From NCBI RefSeq assembly GCF_006345805.1, contig NC_042997.1:176762001-176826000 (forward strand): a DNA stretch of 64,000 bases, written 5' to 3'. Below the pieces are notes generated by a model. That model worked only from the letters and a program-made list of their open reading frames with translations, had not been told where the DNA came from and did no database searches. Numbering within the stretch: the first letter of the stretch is position 1; each line of letters starts with the position of its first letter. This DNA is from Octopus sinensis (Eukaryota). Both the position numbers and the translations under genes were made by a program. Positions 51,780-64,000 of the stretch are shown here, piece by piece.

Positions 51780-52075
51780 AATACAAAATGGGACAAGAAC
51801 GCAAAACGTCCGGACAACTATGTGATACAAAAAGGGACAACAAAACATCCAGATAGACGATACAAAAAAAAAAAAAACAAGGACGGGACATTCGAAGCTT
51901 TCTATCCTCAGTCAAGAACCAGATGTGCTCGCAATTTCGGCTGATTAATCTTGCGATTGCTCCAATCTGGCCAGCCCCCAAGGAGAAACTAAGCTAAGAG
52001 CATTAGATTCCTTGGAAGAAAGCATCGAATGTATACGAAAACAAGGACGGAAAAACAGACACTGTTACACAAATA
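51780..52075. mobile_element. PLE-like terminal-repeat fragment beside (TA)n
   Basis: Inverted GAAAGC(T/A)TCGAATGT motifs; A-rich layout resembling the other PLE termini. Confidence 0.4.
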
Positions 52076-52098
52076 TATATTTATGTATATATATAAAG

Positions 52099-52152
<54 letters not shown>

Positions 52153-52242
52153 TATATATATATAGCCAATAATAATAGGATAAAATTAATTATTAATTAA
52201 TTTTATCAAGTAGTGTTCAGTATATAAAAAGACCATTTACGG

Positions 52243-52518
52243 TATATTTAAAACATTACGTTATATAATTAGGGTTCAGTAAAATAATTTACTTTACCAC
52301 ACACCGAACTTTTAGAAATAGCAGCCAAAAAATCTTAGCTATTTCCTCTACTATAAGAAAAGTCTCCCAGACAATGTATACTCAAAAAAATATTTTTAAG
52401 TATACATTGTCTGGGAGACTTTTCTTATAGTAGAGGAAATAGCTAAAATTTTTTTGCTGCTATTTCTAAACGTTCGGTAAATTATTTTACTGAACCCTAA
52501 TTGTATAACGTAATGTTT

Positions 52519-52526
<8 letters not shown>
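52243..52526. repeat. Fold-back hairpin, ~130-bp arms
   Basis: 52243-52382 vs 52399-52526; ~4 substitutions and one 11-nt indel. Confidence 0.9.
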
Positions 52527-53837
<1,311 letters not shown>

Positions 53838-54889
53838 TATATATATAGGATCGATTCAGTCGACATATACAATCGTAAAAGAGGTTTGGCTTTGTGTCAA
53901 TGTAAGAAATCGTTAATTACTCTTACGTAATTCATCGGATGAAACTGTTTTGAAATGCTACTTTATAGTTTTTTTTCCCTTTAGCTTTACTGTATTATTT
54001 ACAATTCTATTTAGAATTAATTAACGATAAATTGAAACACTAAAAGAATGTACCATGAAATAGATCAATAATGAACTATAATAGAATTAAGTGAAACAGT
54101 TTTTCACTATTGTTTTGATTTATAAAAATTTTGGTACCTTTCGTACAACCTCGCAATTTACGTAATTTAATAAATTCAAAAATTTCATTCATCAAGCTAT
54201 TTCTTATCTAATAAAAACAGTATCGCTGTTTCTTATTAAGCATCACTATCATCTTCCGTCCAATACAATATATCTAATCACATGAAAATTAGGTGGCTCT
54301 GTTTTCATCTAGGTTGTTTGCTTGATAGATTGCTAGAATGTCTGCTCTTCTCTGTCAGGAATAACGAAAACCAGGAAACTTGATTATTTTTATGATTGAT
54401 TACTAAAGAGAATTAAATAAACTTGTTTGTTTTGTTTCTCGAAATAAATTTTGCTTTTAAAGAAGTTGTTGTTGAAGCCCAGATGAAAGCTGATTCAGCA
54501 TTCCTTTCATCGAGGTTATTCCGCTTAGATAATGAAGATGACCGTACCATCTTTATATCCAGTCAGTTTTATATAGGGGTACCATGTTCAAATGAGATCT
54601 TGCCTTAAAACCGTGGCGTATGGTTTCAGCAAGATTTCGTTGCTATTTCTGGCAGATCAAACGACTTCTTGGCGTCTTTTTTGTCGGTCCATTTGTTGTT
54701 TGGGTATATCCTGCGCGAAATATGAGTTATTCATAAAGCGAAATCAGTTACTTGGAACATGAAATGTAATAGAAATATACAGTAATTCCTCGACTATCGC
54801 GGGTATTATGTTCCACCCCACCCCGCGTTAGGTGAAAATCTGCGAAGTAGAAACAATACTGTACTGTATATCTATTATTATACGTTTGC

Positions 54890-55278
54890 GCGCCGGGCGA
54901 AATGCTTAGCAGTATATCATCTGCCGTTACGTTGTGAGTTCAAATTCCGCCGAGGTCCACCTTGCCTTTCATCCCTTCGGGGTCGATAAATTAAGTACCA
55001 GTTACGCACTGGGGTCGATGTAATCGACTTAATCCCTTTTGTCTGTCCTTGTTTGTCCTCTCTATGTTTAGCCCCTTGTGGGTAATAAAGAAATAGGTAT
55101 TTCGTCTGTCTTTACGTTCTGAGTTCAAATTCCGCCGAGGTCGACTTTGCCTTTCATCCTTTCGGGGTCGATAAATAAACTACCAGTTTCGCACTGGGGT
55201 CGATGTAATCAACTTAATCCCTTTGTCTGTCCTTGTTTGTCCCCTCTATGTTTAGCTCCTTGTGGGCAGTAAAGAAAT
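54890..55278 (+). mobile_element. Two nested family A SINE units
   Basis: Tail AAAGAAATA joined to the internal GGTATTTCGTCTG. Confidence 0.9.
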
Positions 55279-55922
55279 ATATTTTTATAATTTGCATATA
55301 TTCATTTTATTATAAATGCAAAACAACACCACGCACTCGCCTCCCAAGTTTCGTTTCTCATACAATATGTCCGATTCTTTGTTTACTCATCTACGATACA
55401 CTACATATTTTCTTTTAATATACTTTAATTAATGTGTGTAATACAGTCAGTACTGTAATGTATTTGTATTTATTAATTTATTAATTTTTAGGCGTGTAAA
55501 TGGTTATTTTACCACAGAAATAATCAAAATCTAAAAAAAAAATTAAATACCTATATATAAACATTGTCACTTGATACTAACACACGGACGTAACGGGGAA
55601 CTTACGAAAAATTTTAAAGACCAATCATGTAACTATCCTCTACCAATCAAACCCTATTTAAAACATTAATTTGAGACATAAACTCCTTATAAAAATAGGG
55701 CAAGCTTCAAACACTAGTCAGCAGTAAAACAGATGCGACATAAGGTACGTCTTTCTAGTTCAAACTTTTGAAAATCAGTGTAAACTGAAACCGGTTAAAT
55801 CTTTAAATATAATAATAAAAAAGTATTTTAACACTATTGCAATTCATGTTTAGTCAAACTGATTTCCTATATTTCTACCCATGTGGAATAAAATAACTTT
55901 GTTTTGTATATATACAAATATA

Positions 55923-55987
<65 letters not shown>

Positions 55988-55991
<4 letters not shown>

Positions 55992-56205
55992 TAATGCCAA
56001 ATATACCGAAAAAAAGACAAAATTGCCAATAACCATTATAATTTATGCGTCTCGAAAGAAGCCGATAGAAATTTCTAAAAAATCCGTTATTACCGGTAAT
56101 ATTCGGTAATAACGGATTTTTTAGAAATTTCTATCGGCTTGTTTCGAGACGCATATAATGGTTATTGACAATTTTGTCTTTTTTCGGCATATTTGGCATT
56201 AGAAT
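55988..56205. repeat. Fold-back hairpin, ~105-bp arms, 8-nt loop, adjacent to (TA)n
   Basis: 55988-56095 vs 56104-56205; 3 substitutions and 2 indels. Confidence 0.9.
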
Positions 56206-56345
56206 TTTTATTTTACCCTTATTTTATAAGTTATTTATAAATTTAACCTTCAAAGGTATTTTTTGATATGCTGGCCATTAATAAAATATTTTTTCGAAAA
56301 AATTTTTATCCTACATTAGTTATATATATAATATATATATATATA

Positions 56346-56646
56346 ATCACCGTGACCGACCAGGCTATCAGATGTTGCTACACATCGCTGGTAACAATGC
56401 GCTTCGCATTGTTTTAGCGTTCAAATGACGCCACCCCGCTAGCTAAGCGAGCAGGCCAACAGAAGAAAGAGTGACAGAAAGTTGTGGCGAAAGAGTACAG
56501 CAGGGGTCGCCACCACCCCCTGCCGGAGCCCCGTGGAGCTTTAGGTGTTTTCGCTCAATAAACACTCACAACGCCCGGTCTGGGAATCGAAACCGCGATC
56601 CTACGACCACGAGTCCGCTACCCTGACCCCTGGGCCATTGTGCCTC

Positions 56647-56648
<2 letters not shown>
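56346..56648 (-). mobile_element. Full-length family C tRNA-derived SINE
   Basis: Matches 16890-17190. Confidence 0.9.
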
Positions 56649-56677
<29 letters not shown>

Positions 56678-59519
56678 GACTATGTATGAGTATATATATG
56701 TGTGTGTCTCAGCCATGCGTTGCCGTCATGCTGAAGAACAACCGTGACTTTGTACCCTTTCCACAGCCCTCTTATATGATTGATTTGTTTTTATGTGTAG
56801 TGATTGACGCTGATTATGCATAACATTAACAATATATTTACAGCCCTCACTCATAAAAGCATGTTAGCTGAACCATGAAGAAAGTACTCGATCAACTTCA
56901 GTGGGAAATTTATGTTGGTCAATAGATTTATTTAACAAAGGACACAAATATCTATTCAAAACCGCCGGCTGTAGACTGACCTGTAACATTTTTTGTTATA
57001 GATTGCCACACTACATTGCATGAATAGCTTACTTATAGGTAACACTGATTCCTTTATTTGTCCCCCAGAGCACCCAATTTATAAATCGTTAATGATAAGA
57101 AAACATAGATGATTATAAAATAACAAGGCAAAAAATAAGCGAAAACACCGGTTATTTTTTTTTACTCTCGTACAATAAAGATTTGAATATGCGCACACTA
57201 ATGGCAATAAAAATACAAAAATAAACATACAAATAAACAAATAAAATAAACTATACATATGCACTATCAAACAAGCGTGTTCATTCATATGCTTTCCTTC
57301 ACATATGTGTATATTTTTAGAGGAGTCGCATACAGTCATGCGCAAGGTACGTATTTATGTGCGTATGTATGTCCACATTGTGTTATAAACATATGCATAA
57401 GTATACACTGTTTCACATCCATATATAAAAAGGCAATGCGTGAGATATTGGTACTTGCGCACACAACATATACATTTAAAAACGCTTGCACACTCACAAC
57501 GACACACATAGGCACATAAACATATCAAAGCACTCTTCAAGAGACAAAAACACACTCAGCAATATTGTGGACATACTTGTACCGACGTGAAAAGCAATCA
57601 ATATTGAGGACACACAATATAGTAATAAGCCTTAATTTTTCATTGTTGTCCTTAGATAATGAAGAGTGTCAGACATACCCTTGTTTCAATAGCTGTTGAA
57701 AAACCCTGAAATAATATTAATACAGAAATAACATTATCTTCGCTAAACCGTTCTTTGCATTGGAATTAATTCCCTCATTTTCAGCCTGAAGTGTTTTCTA
57801 TTATGTGTCCGTAATGTATTGAAATGGCATTCAGCTGTGTTTAATAGGTTCCTTTTACACACTTTTTGTAGGCGACAATATTATCGATCACAGCTAATAA
57901 ATTAAGAAACAAATGAAAATAGAAATAAACCAACAAAATAATACAATACAAAACAATCTTCAGATATATTGTTGCAAGCTGCTATCTTTACTTTCCACTG
58001 CGACATATTCTTCCATGACTATAATATTTCAAGCTATAAAATAATAAAAACATAAATTCTAGATGTAAACTTCTCAGTTCTCTTTATATATTTGAATGTG
58101 TCATATGTTATATGGTCTACCGTGTGATAAAGTCGAATTGTGTAATGATAAGTTTTATCATATATCTTAGCCATAATTTAATGAAAGTCCAAATAAAGCT
58201 TCTTCGTTCAGCGAAGTGGTGTGCAAACCAGTTAAGTAATTTGATCTTGAAAACATTGCAAGTAATAAATTCCACCTTTTGTTTTATCAAGTAATATTTA
58301 AATATCGTTAGTATTGAATTTAATATTGAATATCTTGTTATTGAAGACATCGAAGAAGATATTGAAGAAGGAAAAAGAGAAAAAATCCTACAGTTATGGT
58401 GAAAAAAAATGATATATTTTATTCTTGAGTTTATTACGTGTAAATTAGTTGTAATGTTATGTTTTCGATTATAAAGCTGAATTTAACATCGAAACATTGG
58501 ATAGTTGGAGGTGTATTAAAGTCAATAATCAATAAAATTAATTTCATTGGACAAAAAAACTACATTTGCTGTCAAGAGATCATAACAAAAACAAAAAGCA
58601 AAGTTACCACCGATATCGTTACGAGACATACAGAAATATAGCATTTTGTTCCATATTCAGTCGTATTAAGAGTAGGACAGTCGAATTTCCCGTGAGGAAA
58701 AACTATATCAGATATAAAGACAATAAAATATAATAATGTTGATTGCTTTTGGCTATGATGAAGGCGTAAATGTGGCTGCCTATCTGAGAGATAATCAGCT
58801 CATAGCTATTTATATTGCATAAACTAGAACAAAGCTAAACTGGTCTGTCTAATTTGTATAACAGTGCATGCGCTGACAACGTGAATTAATAATGCACATG
58901 TATAGAGTTCTGTTTTGAATAATTTGAAATGTAAGCAATAACTTTTCGATGAAAATATAACTTAGCTTCCCTGTGAAATGGAAAATAAAGTGGTTATACA
59001 ACAAACTTTGTCTTTTAGGGGCGAGAGAAAGTGATTAATTTGTGTAGTTTCTAGTGTTGTACCTTCATAAAAAAAATAAAAAAAAGAATATCCAACTTCT
59101 GATTACTATTGTTAATAATCTCTCTACGTAGACGGGTTTTACTTCTCTGCTGAGGTTTTAACAAGAACAGAAAACAGTCAAATTGATGTCTTCTGTATAT
59201 GGATGAATAAACCGTGTGTAACAACTTTGATTACTTTTCATAGCGACGTTAAATTTTATATTTATTAAAAAATTCATAACTTACCTTTCAAATCATCTAA
59301 AATATGTTGTACAAGGGACTACATATATTCATACATACATATATACACACACATTCACATGTATGTATATATGTAATCTTAAATTAAAAACCACAAATCT
59401 TGCAATTACAGCTACCCAGGGATTCCTGGTCAAAATAATACTTCATTACACCATTTATGAAGTTGAAAACAAGACCGTTTGTCGGTTGTCTTTTGAGCAG
59501 ATGTGTATGTCTCTTCTAT

Positions 59520-59923
59520 TTTTTTAATTATTATAAATCTTCAACTGAGGAGGGAACCGGTTTCCAACAAAGATACCGGGCTCCATCCTTGGGATGTAGT
59601 TAACACAGAAAAATTCACATTTGGAACTTGAGAAAAAGCCTTGCATATTTTTACTGTTCCACTCACAGATTGCACTTGTAATGTACAAATCAGCTGGTCG
59701 ATTTTTCATTTTGAAAATCCTAGTTTATCCAGATTTTCCTTTAAGCATTTACTAACAAAACCTAGTGCTCCAATTATTATTGGTATGAATATGAATTCAT
59801 AGTCTGGATATAGAAGCTGGAGGTTTCGAAGCAGTTGTCCGTAGACATCCTCCTTTTCTTTGATTTTCAAAGAGATATTTATATCTGCAGAGCAGCTGAC
59901 CTCTATGACGGTACATACTTTTA
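59520..59923 (-). mobile_element. 5'-truncated RLE retrotransposon, second subfamily, starting at (TACA)n
   Basis: CTVIEVSCSADINISLKIKEKEDVYGQLLRNLQLLYPDYEFIFIPIIIGALG...GFSK*KIDQLICTLQVQSVSGTVKICKAF. Confidence 0.8.
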
Positions 59924-60049
59924 TGTATGTATGTATGCATGCATGTATGTATGTATGTATGTATGTATGTATGTATGTATGTATGTATGTATGTATGTAT
60001 GTATGTATGTATGTATGTGTGCCTCTTAGTTCTACTGATAGCATACAAC

Positions 60050-60240
60050 TCAGTATGACCTGTCGCATGATCGATCCCAAAATCTAATTAGTTTGTACCT
60101 GTCACGAGGCCAAACGTCCCTGAATGTTTCATCCGAATCCATCCAGCGGTTCTTGAGATATTTTGTCCACAGACAAACAAACAAAGAAACGAGACTGAAA
60201 ACAATACCCCCGCCTTCGCTAAAGCAAGGCGGAGATAATA
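60050..60240 (+). mobile_element. Possible Helentron/HINE-like 3' end
   Basis: ACAGACAAACAAAC simple repeat, GAAAACAATACC, then terminal hairpin CCGCC-N13-GGCGG. Confidence 0.45.
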
Positions 60241-60330
60241 ATAATATTATTAAAAGATATCAGTCGTTACTTTTGTATTAAGTCCTTCATTCAGTTAATG
60301 TAGGCTGCTTTAGTGCCTATGAAACACACA

Positions 60331-60395
<65 letters not shown>

Positions 60396-60732
60396 ACGCA
60401 CACATTTATGTACGGGTTATTTATGTCAGATCGGATGAGTGATGCGTCTTCGTGTGGTAAAGAGAGTCTTCCTTGGCAATAAGCTGATTCGAATGTGCTG
60501 AATAAGAAGCCATTATAAGGGCATGATATAAAAAGGGCAGAAGGAAAGCCTAGTTAAACTGTATCGATGAGTAAATATTACTCATATTCATTAGTATGCA
60601 TTTTATCAACATTGGAGAGGAGTCAACAGACAGGCTTTGGAATTATAACAATGCAGTTTACAATTAACTGCGAAAAGCCACTCGTCTCAGCATTCTACTG
60701 TCGAGAATTCTCCACCACAGTCTCATTATGCA

Positions 60733-60827
<95 letters not shown>

Positions 60828-60999
60828 ACACACACACACGTACGTATGTGTATAATTAATCTAGCCGATACGAAACAGCCTGTACTCATTCACTCGATTT
60901 GCTAAAAATTGCAGTAAAATTTCCTCATATCACATTCTTTGAAGAACAATAAAAGCACATATGTATATGTGTATATATGTACATGTGTCTACGTATACT

Positions 61000-61053
<54 letters not shown>

Positions 61054-61090
61054 ATGTACATACATACATACATACATACATACATACATA

Positions 61091-61935
61091 AGTGGAGTTA
61101 ACATAAAAAATATCACCCACATCATAAGCTGTTGTCCGAAAATGTCATCATGGTATTATCTACCGGTGAGACATGATGTTGTAGCTAGGACGCTATATAA
61201 TGAAGTCCGTCGGAAGGATAACCACGAAGACAAAGAAATAAAAACCCACAGCATGGGAGAAGCCGTAGCCACTCATAATAAAAAAGAGTACTGGTGGAAT
61301 GTCCCAGTGAAAACCTCAATAAAATGTAAGCACAACAGACCTGATATATTGATTTGGGGATAGAGAAAAGAAACTGTACAGTTGTGAAAATGAGTTGCCC
61401 AGCTGATGTTAACCTAAGTGAGCTATTGAGAAATCTGCGTTGAACTACTGAGAAATCTACGTTGAACTATTGAGAAATCTGCTGTTACTCCATCCAGATT
61501 ACAAGTTCGGGTTTATGCCTGTAATTACTGGAGCACTGGGATATATAACACACTGCCTAAATACCAATCTTGAGAAATTAGGCTTCTCAAAACCAGAAAG
61601 GAGAAAGCTGATTCGAAGACTACAGATTCAATCCATTACTGGAACTGGAAAAATCTGTAAAACTTTCCAGAAGTTTATCATTTAAGTATATATGAGCATG
61701 TCTAGATATGCAAGTATATGCATAAGACATACATAAAAACATACAAATCTGCGCGTATAAATACATACATACATACATACATACATACATACATACATAC
61801 ATACATACATACAAACAAAAATATCCTGTTGATGTGTTGAAATTCCAATGAAAGAGCCTTGGATCCAGGTTAGAAACTGGCTCTTTCCCTGTTGGTAAGA
61901 AATTTTGAAATAAAACTGAATAATGACATACATAC
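61091..61935 (+). mobile_element. 5'-truncated R4/Dong-type RLE retrotransposon within (TACA)n
   Basis: HIISCCPKMSSWYYLPVRHD (C-terminal half of the CCHC knuckle), KHNRPDILIW, LRNLLLLHPDYKF..GALG..ICKTFQKFII*; (TACA)n at 61057-61090 and in the 3' UTR. Confidence 0.85.
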
Positions 61936-63271
61936 ATGCATACATACATGCATACATACATGCATACATACATGTGCTCGAACCAATAAGAGTTTCTGTG
62001 TGGTTGTTAAGCTAGCTAAATGTAGCAACCGAATATTCCTCAAATTATATTTTACTGTGTAAGCCTTTCTCTTTTTCAAAGAGGAAGGGTAGGCGTGGGT
62101 TGAGTGAGGTGTGGCTTCTAAATCTAATAAGACAGCGCAGAGTCTGCTTTTGAATCTGCCGTGGCTACCATGAGAACTTACATCTGTAGAGAAACAGATT
62201 GAAGAATGGTAAAAGTTACCATGGTTGCACTGTCACACTGTACGTCAGATGATAGGCAAGCCAGTTCGGTCCTATGTTTGGCAGCAATGATCTAGATTTT
62301 TGATTGATTACTTATCGGGGAGAAGGAGGTATATATTTACTGATTATTAATTTATTCATTATTCAAACTTCAGCTGAAAAAAGATTGAGGGCTATGCTTG
62401 CTACTTTGAATTGTAAATATAAATAAAAATATTGTCAATAAATATAACAATCAACCTGTAAGCTTTCGTTAACCAAAACCTAAAATTTTTATGTTATAAT
62501 AAAATAAATAGCGGGTGAATATATATACGTCGCACTTGACACTTGATATTCTTCGGTTCAATAAAGGCTGATTTGTGTCTAAATGACAACATTAAGACCG
62601 GTATGGCATTCTAGAAGAGATGTAATATTATGGAAACAAAATATCGATAAGTCAAAGGTATATTAAAACAATTAATCAATAAATTCCACTAGAAAAAAAA
62701 TCCGCTGATCAAATTCTTTGTTTTTGGAGATATTATAGAAAAAAAAAATTATCTCAAAACTACAGGAAGCAAAAATCTGAATCTCAAGTGATACTAACTG
62801 TACATCAATAATACTATAATTCTCCAGGATTAAATATTATAGATAACATAATACGGCAGAGTATCGTATGGTGCCAGTGATTATTTAATGCTAAATATGA
62901 TCTGACGTACATTTGATTCTGCTTGATTTCTTTTGAATTTAACACAAGAGAAATGAAATTAATCTAGCCGACACGAAACAGCCTGTACTGAATCACTCGA
63001 TCTGCTAAAAATTGCAGTAAAAATTTTCATATCACATTCTTTGAAGAACAATAAAAGCAGATGGAATAATGTGGCCTTTTGAAGTGTGCCTGGGAAAAGA
63101 TTGGATTGTCAGAGCTGAAATGTCTTTAAAACTAGATTTGCAAGACCACGACTGACATTGAGGTAAACGGCAAAAGCAATAGTAATCAACGTATAGCTTC
63201 AGATGACACTTGCTGATATGGTGTTTCCGGCAAAAAGAAAATCCCTTTTCTTTTGACAAAATACGGAACTA

Positions 63272-64000
63272 TTGGGTTGTCCGGGAATTTCATGCTGATT
63301 TTTAAGGGAAATTAAAAGACAAAACAAAATTACGCCATCAGATATTTATTCAACTAAATATGAACCATTTTGTTGTACAACCTTTCTCTATCTTTACTTG
63401 AACTTAAAGATTCCGTCTTCCCAAAGTTTCGGTAGTTTCTTGATAAAATTCTCATTAAAGTTGTTTTTATGTCCTCTAAAGACGCAAAATTTTCAGCATT
63501 GAGATTATTTTGCAAGGACCTGAATAAATAAAAATTCGAAGGAGCAATGTCTGGTGAATATGGTGGGTGGGGTAACACATCCTGGCCAAACTTCAACAAT
63601 TTTTGACGGGTCGCCAAAGAAACGTAGAGTCTGGTATTATCCTGATGGAAACCAATACCTTTTCTGTCCGCCAATTCTGGGCGTTTTTCTTGAATTGCCG
63701 CCTTTAAATCGTCCAATTGCGAGCAGTGCTTCTCAGAATTAATTGACTGGTTACTTGGCAGAAGCTCACAGTACAGGGTTCCTTTCCAATCCCACTAGAT
63801 ACAGAGCATGACTTTCTTAGGATGAAGATTTGCTTTTGGTGCGGCTGAAAGTGCTTCATGTTGCTGAACATTGTTGTAAACGTTCCATTTCTCATCATCC
63901 GTCACATTTTGCTTAAAAAAGGGTGCGTTGTTATTGTCTTTATACAGCAAATCACGGATGGAAATGTGATCAAAAGACACTTTTCATTCAGATCATGTGG
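63272..64000 (-). pseudogene. Dead mariner transposase (3' part plus right TIR; cut by the window edge)
   Basis: VTDDEKW, LHPKKVMLCI, FHQDN and PHPPYSPDIAPSNFYLFRSL motifs; TA at 63270-63271 followed by TTGGGTTGTCC TIR; stops and frameshifts. Confidence 0.9.

Overview
AT-rich, repeat-saturated eukaryotic DNA with no recognisable host exon, so it is intergenic or deep intronic. The SINE families resemble ones I recall from octopus genomes; the cephalopod assignment is an inference, not a database result. The window holds several tRNA-derived SINE families (often in self-nested arrays), a ~420-bp MITE family with 8-bp TSDs and internal TTAGGG, Penelope-like (PLE) remnants with hammerhead-like termini, R4/Dong-type RLE retrotransposon fragments embedded in (TACA)n, an RTE fragment, an LTR with PBS-like sites, a dead mariner and many micro/minisatellites. 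Nearly all ORFs in the supplied track are microsatellite or antisense artefacts. Most notable: (1) a 1.95-kb ORF1-only L1/Tx1-like (HAL1-like) element with a 15-bp TSD inside a SINE head; (2) (TACA)n-associated RLE elements sharing a covarying 3' stem-loop; (3) a two-copy ~200-bp repeat with an HDV-ribozyme-like core; (4) six fold-back palindromes at PLE-like, SINE and MITE sequences. Coordinates were read by hand; boundaries without a TSD are approximate.
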